The notes below the pieces were generated by a model. It was not told the DNA's origin, searched no databases, and saw only the letters and a list, made by a program, of their open reading frames with translations. A stretch of DNA of 64,000 bases from Rhina ancylostomus (lineage: Eukaryota). Shown one piece after another: positions 1-13,577 of the stretch (position 1 is the stretch's first letter; each line of letters begins with the position of its first letter). The DNA is taken from positions 16,371,206 to 16,435,205 of the forward strand of contig JARFYF010000059.1 in NCBI GenBank assembly GCA_030265395.1. The letters run 5' to 3'. The translations under genes were made by a program, and so were the position numbers.

Positions 1-195
1 TGACACCAGTGCGTGTGGAGACAGACAGTCTAGAAAGAGCAGCCATACTGGAGGAGGGAGCGGTGGATCAGAGTGGCCAGTTTTATCCGCGAGAAGTAGA
101 AAATTACCGCACAGTGGAATCTGCAAATAAAGGGAAAAAACACAACAGAGATCAGAAAAAACAAAATCGGAGAGAGCGAGCCCGACACAGCAAGG
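1..195 (+). CDS. DRAXIN: Draxin coding exon (5' part lies outside the window)
   Basis: Basic stretch ...NKGKKHNRDQKKQNRRERARHSK ends at the donor AAGG|GTAAG (phase 1), which fits the next exon. Confidence 0.8.
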
Positions 196-2099
196 GTAAG
201 AAGGACCTTGGAGAATGTACAGCTTTTATTTTAAACACCTTCCGTGAGCTGGCAAGATTTTCTAGCATTGGAAATACTCAGATTCTCATTCTTAAAATTC
301 TCATTAAAATCTTCTTTGAAATCCACGTGTTTAATTATAGCTTTGATGGTTTGTTCTAATTTATTCTTTGTTTAACTAGCCTTATTTTCATACTGTTTTG
401 GACATTTTTGTACAAAGTAGCAGTTATATAAATACATGATGTGGTCTATTTGTCTTTATCTTTTCCTGTTTCCATGTAACTTTCTTCCAGCATCTCATCC
501 TCCCTTCACTTTCTTCTTCTTTCTGTGCTCTCCACACTATTCATTGCCTCCTTTTTTTTAACTTCATTTTTTTCTCCACTACTTCCTTAGTCTCTTCATC
601 TCTCATTCCCTCTCCCTCTTAACATGTTAGTCTCTTTGCTTTCTCTCCTTTCCCTCATTCATTCACTTACTTTGCCCTCGGGGCATGTGTTATTTTATGG
701 TTAATTGAGGTTATTGTTTATGAACAGATTGCAGTTTTGGTCATAACTTTGCTAGACAGGGCTAGCTGCACTGTATCTGCTCTACCCCCCCCCCCCCCAT
801 CCTTGGGGGGTTTTGCTGCATTCCATCTGCACACAGTCTGCTCTGGTTCAATCCTTGCTCAGGGTCTATCTGCATTCTATTTGCATCCCTTTTACTTCCT
901 TTTTTTGGATATTCCATGTCTGAGATATAAATGTGCATTTTAAAGCAAAAGTAATGTTCAATTGGCAGAGTAAGATTTTGCTGGACTAATATACTGTAGT
1001 CACATGTTGCCATTTGCAATAAGAAAATAATGAAAGGAAACAGGAGAAAAATGCAAATGAATATGAACAAGAATATTTTTGCTGTGGTTTGTTCAAAACC
1101 TCACCTCTTTGTTCATTGTGGGAAATAATAATCTGATATTATTAGGGAGCTCAGATCTCTCTGACAACTCTTTTTGAATTTCAGCTGCTTGGGTGATTGG
1201 ATAGGTCGACCCCTATGGTGAAAATGTAAAGCCCGTTGCACAGACTCCCTCCTATTGAGCCTAATTTGGTACAGCTGAAGGCAAGAGGCTTAAAGAAACG
1301 TTAGTCGCTTTCTGTGACTACACCTGCCTCTACCTGATTCTATTATTCAGAGCAACATTGTGCTTTTGTTATAGTCACTGCTGACACGCAGAGTTGGAAG
1401 TCCCAGTCACTGGTCACACTCAGGGAAAGCCAATTTTTTCTGACAAACTTCATTCAATTGGTATTTTGTTTGTAACCGCATTCTGTTCACGCTGTGCTGA
1501 TTGTTCTTAGAAAGGCAAATTGCCTCCAAATTCTCTACAGTGGAGTTACAAGTACTGATTGAAGCAAATAACTGCTCTGTAATTGTTTCCAAAACATATT
1601 GAAAACAGCAAAAGATCATCCTGATCTATGTTTAAATAAGCTCCGGTCCTCGTTGTACCTCACTGGGTTATTGTGAGAATAAGGCCCTTGTGTCCAAGGC
1701 CGTGTGTTTTATGCTCTCTTGGGTTCTGTAAATTGATTAGATAGTTCCTCCAAAATTAATTTCAGTGATCAATGAATTCTCCCAAAAAATCACTGACTTT
1801 GTCAGCATGACTTCATTAAAAGGATATCAAATGACAAGCAGTGCAAAGTTAAATAAAGACCAGTATACCAGTACATCTTAATGGGCTCTCTGCACCAGCT
1901 AAATATCTGCAGGGAGCCTAGTGAGTAGTCTGGTGGCTATTTCAAAGATCAGTGGAATTCTCTGGGGATTCCATTCAACATTTATCATCCATTCAACATT
2001 AATAAAAGCACATGTTCTTTTCCTTATTGTTCGTGAGGCTTTGCTGCATCCAAATTAAGTGCCACATTTCAACATTTCTGCGTACCCTTAACATTCAAT

Positions 2100-2720
2100 G
2101 GTATTCCATCACTGAGTACCCCATTATCAACATCCTGAAACTCACCTGGACCAGCAATGAAAATACAGTAAGTACAAGAGAAGGTCAGAAACTGGATAGC
2201 TTGCAGCAAGTTACTCAAAGCTGGGTACTCCAAAGTCTTTCTACCTTCTGCAGGAATGTGATAGAATAATCTCCATCTGCCTGTATGTGTGCAGCTCCAA
2301 CAACATGAGCACTATTCAGGACAGAGCAGCCCACCACCACCTGTCAACCACCCTAAACTCTCACTCCCTCCACCACTAGCACACTAGCTGCAGTATGTAT
2401 CATTTATTAAATGCATTGCAGTTATTCAATAAAGCTTTTTAAACAGTCCCTCCCAAACCATGGCTTCCACTACTTCGAAGTGTATGGTCACCTGGGTGCA
2501 CTGGAATACCACCACCTACAGGCTCTCTTCTGATCTGGAAACATATCACCATTCCTTCACTATTGCTGGGTGAGGTCTTGGAACATCCTATCATTAACAC
2601 CATCAGTGATCCTCACCAGATGGACTGTAGTTCAACAACTGGAGTGCCTCACACTCTTCACAAGGTCATAGGAATGGGCAATAAATGCTGACCTTGCCAG
2701 AAGCAGCCACATCAGCTAAA
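2100..2720 (+). mobile_element. Decayed L2/CR1-group LINE 3' end
   Basis: Ends in GGAATGGGCAATAAATGCTGACCTTGCCAG...CCACATC; related segments at about 15470-15600 and 31500-31830. Confidence 0.55.
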
Positions 2721-3935
2721 TTAATAAGAAAAAATACTATTGTTACTTAATGTAATGGTAATGTGTGTTGGAGTATCAAGAGTTCATTGAGGTAAACTGT
2801 AAATATCTTTAATTTATATGCAGGTATCCTTGCTTCAAATGAATGCAATGCTGGAGTCATGCAGACATCATAAACTGTTGAGTTCAAAATCAGGGAAAAA
2901 CCTTCTTGGAGCCACACAGCATTATTGTCAATGATGGGACTGAACCTGTTCTCCTGGGCAGCACAACCAAAGGAAACTCACAAAAGAGCTTATATCTGAT
3001 TTAGAATTCCCTGCTGATTTTTGACATGAGTTAGGTTGTTACATTAAATTTCATTAAAAACATTATGAAAAGTGTGCAGATAAATCAGTCAAATCATTTC
3101 TATCCAGTTAAATTCCTGAATACCAGTTCAAACTGAGTAAGACTCCTGAAAATGTCGGTGGAATGTTTATATCTAAGAAAGGGGTAAAGCATCAGAAGAG
3201 AACAATAAACAAATTGGAAATGTTTAAGTTTTGCACAGAGTATTTATGAATGACAGTGAATTTTCATTATTAATTAATGAACAGGATGAAGAATGTGATC
3301 AAGGACCTACTTGTGTAGTGGATCAGCAGTATGTAAGGCATTAGTTTGTAAATAATTAGGAGGATGAGCAAACTTGACTGTCTGTTGATCACTGCAGTTA
3401 GTGAAAGCAGCAGAGGAAGTACAGTTGGGAATTTTCTGTTTATCCTGAGACTGGGGAGAGTGGGGGTATGAACCTGACCCCAGTTGGCCTTTTTATTTAA
3501 TCCTAGCTAGTGTTCTTAATCTTAAACCAGTTTTCACATTGGTAATGCCAAACGAAGATTATGTATGTTATGTTAATTAATTCAAATCATTATTTCTTTA
3601 GCTTTCACAGCAGTGAGCACTCACATCTCAATGTGATGGGGAGAATAACAGCCATTCAAATGACATGTACCATAAACTGGAAGCTACAAAATAAATAGCA
3701 GATCGTGCAACTCTGTCAAACCAAACAGGTCTCTCTCTTACCTTGTCACTCTATCACGTTTTTGTGTAGTAACATTCCTGTTGCACAGCAAGTCCTTGGC
3801 ATCCTACAACACAACAGGTTTTCTTTACCTGTTGTTTCCACCCTTTCATGATGTCACAGTGGATCTTTGTCAACCCTTTGGTCGTTTCATTTTAAACAGC
3901 ATTTGATTAATCTAATTTTATTTGTCCTCTTCTAG

Positions 3936-4120
3936 CAGTCAAAATATCAGAAGCTGAGTTAATCCCATCCATAAAGGATCTAACACAAAGCAAGGTGATG
4001 GATGAGCTTTCCACTATGTCCCTGCCTATGTCCAGTGTGATTGTGACCAGTACATTGTTGACCACCATCACAACTGAGGAAGCACCAGCAGTAAAGCCCA
4101 AACAGCAAACAAAAGAACAG
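3936..4120 (+). CDS. DRAXIN: Draxin coding exon (Ser/Thr-rich)
   Basis: Pyrimidine tract plus TAG|CAG acceptor; reads AVKISEAELIPSIKDLTQSKVMDELSTMSLPMSSVIVTSTLLTTITTEEAPAVKPKQQTKEQ; donor CAG|GTAAAC; phase 1 to 0. Confidence 0.82.
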
Positions 4121-5462
4121 GTAAACCAATTCTCCCTGGTCACTCTCCTGTCACTAGAATCAGCAAATAGCAAATTTTCTTCCATTCAACAGAGTTTAAT
4201 GGAGCAGAAATGTCCATATCGGGAGAATCACATTGTAATCCAATTAAATCATGCTGTGATTAGTGGTTAATGTTGCCACTTCATGATCTGCCCTCCCTTA
4301 GGAGTTTGTGAACCTCCATATCCATCTTGTAAAATCACTGACATGACACAGCAGTGGTGGATACAGTAAACTACATTCCCTCTGAGGTTTGATCATCATC
4401 AGAAAAACATAGCAGAATCTTCCAATAACAAAATAAGAACAAAAAGGAAACTGAACATTTACAATTTTGGTCAACAACTGGATTCTTTTCCAATGATTTC
4501 ATTGTCTTTCACATATTGATGTCATAATTCTATTTAATACACACATGATATGTTTTTGTTATAGACAAGCATCCCATGCACTTCAGAAAGAAATAAATAC
4601 TTTGGCCCAGACTGTGGAGGGAATTAGATAAGTGTGATGGTTTTGAAATCAATACATTGTGGGAATACTGTTGGTTGGAATTATGGTAAGCGGGCAGTAT
4701 GAAGTAAAATGCAGGGAGTTGAATTTCACAGAGAAAGTTATAAAGGTTAAAAAGAACAAAACAATGTGAAGGGGTAACTAAAGTGCAGAGAAATATTTTG
4801 GTTGGGACACAGAGATTGAAGTGGCGTCTGCAGCTGAAGCAGAGATGGAAGTTAAGATTTTAGTGGGAGTTTGGTTTTGCTGTTTAAATTTTAGTCAGAA
4901 AAGATGTTGTAGGTTTTTGAGGCAGGCAATTGAGGCTTTAGGACGCAGTTGGTAAAAGCAAATTGGATGATGTAGAAGTAATTGGCATCATCTTTACATT
5001 CTCAGGACATGGAAATTGCCAGCAAGTCTGATATTTATCTCCAGAAGTTTTTTTTTAGGTCTTAACTCAACCTCCCAAACAGGCACACTGACATTTGCAT
5101 GTACCACAACACTGACAATTTTTTCCTCAGTGCCCAAGTGACATTTCACCAAGTTGAGATTCATGAGTCACTGGTTCACTGCGACTGGTGATTTATCTCT
5201 GTATATTCCTTACTTGTTGCTATTCTCCAGTCTAGTCACNNNNNNNNNNNNNNNNNNNNNNNNNNNNNNNNNNNNNNNNNNNNNNNNNNNNNNNNNNNNN
5301 NNNNNNNNNNNNNNNNNNNNNNNNNNNNNNNNNNNNNNNNNNNNNNNNNNNNNNNNNNNNNNNNNNNNNAATTCTCCTTTAATGACTCCCTTACTATACT
5401 CATTTCTCTGTCTCCTCTGCCTTCATCTCTGACCCTTTCATCATTGTCCCGAGCTCATGTAG

Positions 5463-5574
5463 GCCGGAGCAAGAACTGTTGCCGACGTAAACCCCACTCT
5501 CGACATGACACTCTTTGATTGGACAGATTATGAAGATATGAAGCCAGATCTGTGGCCTTCAACAAAGAAGAAAG
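5463..5574 (+). CDS. DRAXIN: Draxin coding exon
   Basis: [37 protein letters not shown] matches the draxin [15 protein letters not shown] motif; AG/GT boundaries; phase 0 to 1. Confidence 0.96.
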
Positions 5575-6016
5575 GTAACAAGCGGAGGCATGAAAGTATG
5601 GGGAGATGGGGGGGGGGNNNNNNNNNNCCCCGACACATGAGTGGGCAAGGGGTGTGAGTGTGTTTGGTTAGAGTGAGCCTCCCTCAGCAATTTACTTTGG
5701 AAGGGGAGTGAGCACTGTATATTCACTTTGTGTGAAAATATTTTTTCTTAACATTACCCCTTTACTCTTTTAATGTTGTTCCCTTTTGATCTGAACATCC
5801 ACACCAGAGGAAATAGTTTCTCTTCATCTACTCTATTAATCCTCTAATTATCTTTAGCATCTCAGTAAATCATCTATTCACGAGGGCATAGAAGTCTGCT
5901 CTGTGCAATCTGTCCTCAAAATTTAACCAGTTTAGCCAAGGCGTAGTGTAGCTGCTCAGATTCACTATCAGCAGAAATATTTCCTTCTGAAGAGTTGATT
6001 TTTCTTTTCTTTGCAG

Positions 6017-6106
6017 ACAAGCGTCGCAGTAAGAATCTGAGTAATGGGAACATCACATCTCTGGCTGAAGTAGAACCATGTGATCATCACCTGGACTGTC
6101 TCCCTG
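6017..6106 (+). CDS. DRAXIN: Draxin coding exon
   Basis: 90 nt; [31 protein letters not shown]; tttgcag acceptor and GTACC donor. Confidence 0.95.
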
Positions 6107-6569
6107 GTACCTGCACAATTCTTAACTAGCCTGAGGCTTTAACCCATTGCTCATACTCCTCTTAATAATGCCTGTAGCAGTCATTGTCACACACAGAAAT
6201 CTATCCACCTTCTAACTGAGTCAAATGGCCATTACTGGTAAAGATAAACAATCAGTTAATGACAAAAATGAAAGTACTGGCTATTGGAAATATATTAGAC
6301 TGCTGTTGCTATAGTTTGGGATGTGTGTGACTGACAACAATATGGTTAATGTGTAGTCCCCTCTTTGGTGTCACGACACTATTGCTGTTTAATTGAAAGG
6401 ACAGTGAGTTGTCCATGCATCTTAATGCTGTCATTAGTCTGCTTCTTGCTGGGGTGTCAGAGCAGGGAAAGTAAAAGAGATACAAATAATAAGCTTTGAG
6501 TGGCAGCAAGTTGGTTCATTATTAGCATCTTGTCTTCAGTTCTGGTTAGGCTGAATGAGAGCCTACAAT

Positions 6570-6825
6570 GTCAGAGGTGCTGCTCTTCAAATGAGATGTT
6601 AAACCGAATACAATTATAGATGTATGTAAAAATTGAGTGACTCTGAAGAACAGCAGTTCTCTCCAGTATTCAGGACAAATATTGATCTTGGGGCCATATT
6701 GTACACAAATGGACTGCTGCATTTCCTACAGAACCAAAGTGAGCACATTACAAAAGTACTTCGTTGGCTATAAGTATTCTTAGAACATCCTGGAGATACT
6801 ATATAAATGGAAGTTTCTTACTTTT
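6570..6825 (+). mobile_element. Deu-domain SINE (AmnSINE/SacSINE-like) remnant
   Basis: GAGGTGCTGCTCTTCAAATGAGATGTTAAACCGA...GCTGCATTTCCTACA...CAAAAGTACTTCGTTGGCT...TATATAAATGGAAGT resembles the Deu-SINE core and tail. Confidence 0.65.
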
Positions 6826-7499
6826 AAATGAAATTGGATCATAGATTACGTGGTTAAGCCTTATAGTACCCTGCTATACATTGACAAGAACCCTGAAAGG
6901 GTTGATATAATTGCTTCCTAATTCTGTTCTTCATTCAACCCAGTTATACTGCAGGCTTTTCTCTGAACATACTCTATATACCCAACCTTTCAGACTCTGT
7001 GTACAGTTAATTTAACAGAGACTGAGAAATCCAGTGGGAGATTCATTAAGATTAATTGTTGAACACAATAATCTAATGATTTGGAGAGCTGGGGGGATTA
7101 ACTGTGAATGCTGCAGGCAGCAAAACATTGGCACCTTGGAGTTATCAACTCAAGCAAGGAACAAAGGCACACTGGATAGCATCCCGTTGTGCTGTGCCTT
7201 ATGCACATTATCTGTTCTGCTGCCATCTCCACACAGCTGCTGTATAATCACTGGAGGCACTGACTGAAACAGTTATAAAACACACATCACATGCCAGTCT
7301 TGTGATTATTTATTTCATTCCTGATGTCAACTTATTTATGGAAATAGCTTGTTGGGAAGCTATCATTGAAATCTTATCAGCCTTTCTTCTTTCTGTACTG
7401 TGAGGCAAAGGAGCTCCTCCCGGACTCATAATGTGAAGTCTATCCATCAAGAGGTACAATGGAAGTGATCTTCACTATGCGATAAATGTGGGAAATAGC

Positions 7500-8690
7500 A
7501 TCAACCACTGTGTGTAGTTTTTTTTCCTCACTAAAGCCTTTGACTGTGTCAATCAAGAGGAATTAGGGAGAATCCTTCTCAAACTTGGTAGTCCTCAAAA
7601 ATCATTACCATTCTATGTCTGCTGTAGTGGTTCAAAGCAGCAGTACACCCAAGTCCCAATCCCAGTATAGACTGGCGTCAAGCAAGCCTGTGCCATCGCA
7701 CCAACTCTCATCTCAATCTTGCTCACTGCAATATTGCATCTTGCCTCCAATAAGTTTTCAAATGCAGTTAATGTTTGGACAAACAGGAAACCATTTAACT
7801 GCTGTCATCTCTACTCCAGAATTAAGAAAACTCTCAATATGTGTTACTGAATTACAGTAAGCAGATTGTGCTTGTGTATGTGAATATTATAAGTCTTTGT
7901 TGACTTCATTGAAATGTATGAGAGGATGGGCTTTACACTGAACATCTGGAAGATTATGGTCCTCTACCAATCTTCCCCAGCTCCACAGCCATCAAGATAA
8001 AATGCTGGAAATGTGTTTTACTTTCCATTATTTGGAAACCACCTCTCAGTGAAGACAGTCATTGATAGCAAAATTCATCATCACCTTCTGTGCAGAAAGC
8101 ATAGCATTCAGCCAACTGAAGAAGAGAGTTTCAATGACAAAGACCTCAAATCCAGGCACCACAAATCATTGGTATAGTACTACTAATGCTGTTCTACAAA
8201 ATTGTTCAAGTTTGTTGGCAGAGTAGGTGAATCCACTCCCAGGCCAATATCCTTAGCACAGAGGCTCCCATCTTGCTTACGTAACTTCAGTGAGCGATCC
8301 ACATTAGACACCAGATTCTCAAAACAAACACTCTACTTTGAGGTCCAACATGGTGAAAGATATCCAAAAGGACAGGGAAAGTGCTCCAAGGACATTCTTC
8401 AAGTCTCCTTGAAAAAAAATGTAACATCCTTATTGATACATGGAAATTTCTGGCCCTTGATTGCTCAAAATGAACGTCAGGGAAACCTCTGAGCATCTCA
8501 GGTCTCCACAATGTGAGCAGACAAAAGGCCTGCACAAACATCCCAGACAATCCACCCAGTTGTCCCGTGAAAGCACCACATGTGACAGAGTCTGCAAACC
8601 CTGCAAAGGACTCTTCAGCCACCTCACTACCCAGAATGGAAGCAAGTCATCTTTAACCCCAAGGGACTGCCTAGAAGAAGAGCAAAAGAC
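7500..8690 (+). mobile_element. Decayed RTE/BovB-like LINE fragment (RT to C-terminus)
   Basis: Frameshifted RT motifs LTKAFDCVN..LLKLG and TGVKQACAIAPTL; C-terminal CDRVCK..GLFSHL. Confidence 0.75.
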
Positions 8691-9439
8691 TTTATGAATC
8701 AAGAATTGACTGAGAGAAGTATTTAAAAACAGAACTTGCCTAGCCCAATACACATTAACAGGAAGCAAAGAACAATGAAAATAGGATTGGTACACTCTGA
8801 AGAGGATTTTGAAACTTACACTAAAACCAACATTAATAAATAAATTTGAGATGAATTTTAACTCTGCCCACAATAGTGGTATGTGACTGGGTTAGTTGTT
8901 TAAATTTATAACATCTCAAACTTTGTCAAAATCGTTCACTTCTGGGTGTAACAGTAGAAGATTAAGGAGCAGAGAGTCAATCTGTTCCCGAGGGTACTTT
9001 ACCTATTTCGTAGAGGCTGGTGTTATCTGGTATCCAATAATGTCCAATCTCCTCAACCACTCTAGGAGTGTGAGTAGACCCCCTATCCCTGGGCTCCCAA
9101 CTGCAGTGCAAAGCTTTCTACCTGCTCCTGCCATGTAACATGTCCATGTCAAAATTTGGCTCACTGTATCTGCCAAGGATGCTGGTTTTCACAAGCAGGC
9201 ACAGAGCTCAAGTAAATGACCAGACAATGCACTGGAAGACAATGCACTATTCACTTAAATTTGCTCAGAATCAGTATATTCTAGGTTGTGATGTTGAACA
9301 AAGGTAAGAAATCAGAGTATATTTTGCTCTCATAAAGCAGCTTTAACAAAGTAAAACATACCAACTCATCTCACATAAGTAAAATCAGGCAAAAGTTGTT
9401 TTCACGCTACATATTAGGACAAAAGGGAATACTTACAAA

Positions 9440-10040
9440 AAGGAGAGAGAGGTATAAGGCTTTAGTGTGGGAATTTCAAATTGTAAATTCCAGAGAACTA
9501 AATGTACGCATGCCTATGGTGGGGAAAAGGGAAAAGGGGAGAGATTAAGTTTGGAGGAGCTCAGAGATCTTTGTGTATGCTGAAAGGTTATATAGCTATG
9601 AGAGCTTGCAAAAATGGGAAGAAACAAAGTCATGGGGGATTTGAAAATAAGGAGCCACGTGAAACAGTGAGTGAATGTGAATTGGTGCAAATTAGGATGC
9701 AAACAGCAGAGTTTTGGATGAGCTGATGAAAATGGAGCGTGGGTCAGGCTAAGAGAACATTGCAGTAATTTAGTGTAGAGATAAAAAGCATAGATCAGGG
9801 TTTCAGGAGCAAATGAGTTGAAGAAGGGCCAGTGAATGACATTACTGAGGTGGATTACTTTGGGGGTGGAGAAGATATGGATCACAGATTCACTTCAATG
9901 TCTAATAGGATAGCTGAAGGCTATCAATGATCTGGTCTTAGATGTGGGCCAAAGACAAGGATGGAGTTGGTGGCAAGGAGATAGTTTGCAGCAGGGGCTG
10001 AATGGCTTTGACCTTCCCAATATTTAATTGGAGGAAATTT
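9440..10040 (-). mobile_element. Old L2-like LINE remnant
   Basis: Purine-rich + strand typical of an antisense L2 3' region; related pieces at about 17940-18260 and 32370-32600 share CAAAAGCTTGGTCAAAGAG. Confidence 0.45.
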
Positions 10041-10375
10041 CTACTGTAAATATGCACTTTATGTCTGATATATCCACCATTGTGTTAATGGAAACAGAAA
10101 ATGCAGCAAATACTCAACAGTTAACCAGCACCAAAGATAATATTAATTTAGTAGATAACCAGTTTTTCTCTTCACAGATACATCCTGACCAACTAGTATT
10201 TCCAGCAATTTTATGTTTAGTTTTAGATTTCCAGCTTGCAATACTTGTTTTTTTTATCATTACAGNNNNNNNNNNNNNTGGGTGGAGGGTACTTTTCTGT
10301 TTGCCATCTTTATGGCAATTGAACTTGTGACAAAGTTAACTTCTTCAACTGAGTAATTTGTACCATTTCCCACAG

Positions 10376-10465
10376 GTTGGTGCTGTGATCTCCGGCAGCA
10401 CGTCTGTAAAGCCCATAACCGTGGCCTCAATAACAAGTGTTATGATGACTGCATGTGTGCAGAAG
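10376..10465 (+). CDS. DRAXIN: Draxin Cys-rich domain exon
   Basis: 90 nt; [30 protein letters not shown]; cacag acceptor and GTGGGT donor. Confidence 0.97.
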
Positions 10466-10853
10466 GTGGGTGCTGCCTTGTGTTTAGACTTCAAATAGTG
10501 GATATCAGACCCATGAGTGTAATCTCCCCATTTATTCATTCACTGCTCATTAAGGTGACAGGATTAGAATTCAAACAACCTGCTTGCTGTTCCAGGGAAA
10601 CACAGTACCCCAATACCACAATCTTATATCACCCCTGAAATATACTCAACATCTCCTATTAGTGTTCATACACCTTCACAAAAATTCTATTCTTCCATTG
10701 GTGCTGCTGCAAGGTATAAACTGCTACAGAAACTGCCTATCTATGCTTTGTAGATGTCAGGATGGTAAATGAGGAGAGTGGATGGAACTTGTTAGCTGTG
10801 TCAAAGTGTGCTGCGAGGAGTGAATCCCTTTAAAGCTCTGCTGTCTTCATCAG

Positions 10854-10966
10854 GTTTCCGCTGTTATGCCAAGTTCCACCGGAATCGGAGAGTGACACGA
10901 AGGCGAGGGCGGTGTGTGGAACCAGATTCAGTCAATGTTGATCATGGATCATTCATTACGGTCTGA
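10854..10966 (+). CDS. DRAXIN: Draxin last coding exon
   Basis: [36 protein letters not shown], close to the known draxin C-terminus. Confidence 0.97.
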
Positions 10967-12920
10967 AAGGACTTGACAAAGAATCTGGTTTAATTGGTCC
11001 AAGCAACCAGTCAAGAAATAATCTCAAAGTTAACAGCAGCTAAAATCTTGATGATTCCAACATATGCCTGATAGACCATACCACATCAGAGCTGTCTGAA
11101 ATATAATCACTCCCATATCATCACCAACCACCCCATCCACGGTCAAACTCATACCCAACACTCTGCCACTACAATAAGTATTCTTCCTTTTCCCAACATT
11201 GATCAGTACCATCCAAGACCCCATCACTGCAATCCAATCATACCCAATAGTTCACTGTGACAATTCTATTCTCCCACTTGTAAAATGATCCCAAAACTCC
11301 ATCAGTATAATCAATATCCAATGTATCCTGCAATCACAACCAATATCTCATCGGTCCAATCAAATAAAACAAACTCAAACTCTGCTTCCCATAACTATAA
11401 TCCTATGCCCTCTCTGGTCCAATTCAATATTTCCCATTCATGCTGAATATTCCATTATTGCAATTTCATTTTCCTTTTATACTATCACTAATTACCTCAG
11501 CACAACAATCCAGAACTCCTAATCTTATTCAATATCCTTAATGCCATACTAACATTTCCACTCATTCCAACTACCCAGAACCCCAGCACAACAATGGAAA
11601 ACTCATACTAACACCTGCACTTATACCCATTACCTAGCACCTATTATGACAATCCAGCAACCCTTTTTAAATACTATCACACCATCACAACTCTATTTCC
11701 CCACTTATACTCATGACCTAATGTCCCATCATAGCAACCCAACATCCCCTCTTGTAGTCAGTACCGAATAATCCCTTAGCCTCTACTCTTGCCCCACTCC
11801 CAATAATCTATCACTACAATTTAATAACCTTCCTACATCATTATTTGCTATTTTCGATAGTCTGTTCATGCCTGTTTTGTCTAATGTTAAAAATTAACAG
11901 TTGTATGCAATGTTTTATAAAAATGATCCAAATATCATCTATCAAAAAGATAGCTAAAACAAACTGCAGTAATACCTTGAATACACTAATGATGTGTAAC
12001 ATTATGCTGTCAACACTTACTTCCAAGGAGCCTCACTACAGTATCCTCAATCAGCTTCCACCCAAGTGCACCTCCCATCAGGCATTGCCCTTCTCCAAAA
12101 ATCTGCTTTAATGGTATAATCACCCTCTGCATAAACATCTTCATTGTAATATCGTTGCCAATTTAATAGCTTGAGATACAAAGAGTGGTCTGGGTTACTT
12201 TGTCACTTTTTTGTATCAGTTCAACAAAGGCCCATTGGAGAGCTTTCATTACGGCTGCAATAGAATCAAGCTTTTAAAGTAAAATTTGGCTCTGCCCCAG
12301 TCCAAACCTGCAATCAACTATAATCGTTGCATTGTCTGCAGTTAATCCAGCTGAAACTATTAGCCTAATTTTACATCCTACCCATTTTGACCAAGCCCCC
12401 AGAGATGCCGTATCTGCTGGCACCTTTCCCAAATGACTGTTTGTAAATTGTGATCTGGATTTTATAACTGAGTAGACTACTTGACAGTGGAACGCTATAT
12501 TGTTGAGCTCTACCTTGTTCTCATCTGACATCAGGGGTCCCTGCTGAATGAGAAATACTGGGTTATAATCCTCTCCATAATCAAAGCATGCCTGGATCAA
12601 GGTGGCATAGTGATAATGGGACTGCACACATAACATAAATCTATTAATTCATGGGCCAACATCAGATATTGATAATGATCATCATATTTGTTGATGTCAT
12701 TCCAGGGAGAAACATTGCTGCCTTCCCCAGTCTGGTGGCCAAGTGACTTCCATTTCACAATAAATGATTCACTTAATGCTTGTGGAAGTGGTCTAACAAA
12801 TACTTAGTTATAGAACAGTCAGAGCCAGAAATCAACCACAATCTCAGCACAGGCTGAAATTCAAGCAATATAAGGGAAAAGCAGAATTGTTCTTCGCTTT
12901 GTTTTTGTTGATGTTTGATA

Positions 12921-13145
12921 GAAGCAATACACAAAAAGTGCTGGAGGAACTCAGCAGGTCAGGCAGCACCTATGGAGGGAAATAAACAGTCAATGTTTCG
13001 GGCCAAGACCCTTCATCAGGCCTGGAAGGAAGTGTGCAGAAGCCAGAATAAGAAGGTGGGGGGAGGAGCACAGGCAGGCAGGTGATAGGTGAGTTCAGGT
13101 AATAGGTAAGTCCAGGTGAGAAGGGGCCGAGGGGGGGGGGGTGGG
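12921..13145 (-). mobile_element. Penelope-like pseudo-LTR with a hammerhead ribozyme core
   Basis: Minus strand reads CAGGC CTGATGA AGGGTCTTGGCCC GAAAC ATT GACTG...GTGCTGCCTGACCTGCTGAGTTCCTCCAGCA. Confidence 0.75.
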
Positions 13146-13577
13146 NNNNNNNNNNNNNNNNNNNNNNNNNNNNNNNNNNNNNNNNNNNNNNNNNNNNNNN
13201 NNNNNNNNNNNNNNNNNNNNNNNNNNNNNNNNNNNNNNNNNNNNNNNNNNNNNNNNNNNNNNNNNNNNNNNNNNNNNNNNNNNNNNNNNNNNNNNNNNNN
13301 NNNNNNNNNNNNNNNNNNNNNNNNNNNNNNNNNNNNNNNNNNNNNNNNNNNNNNNNNNNNNNNNNNNNNNNNNNNNNNNNNNNNNNNNNNNNNNNNNNNN
13401 NNNNNNNNNNNNNNNNNNNNNNNNNNNNNNNNNNNNNNNNNNNNNNNNNNNNNNNNNNNNNNNNNNNNNNNNNNNNNNNNNNNNNNNNNNNNNNNNNNNN
13501 NNNNNNNNNNNNNNNNNNNNNNNNNNNNNNNNNNNNNNNNNNNNNNNNNNNNNNNNNNNNNNNNNNNNNNNNNNNNN

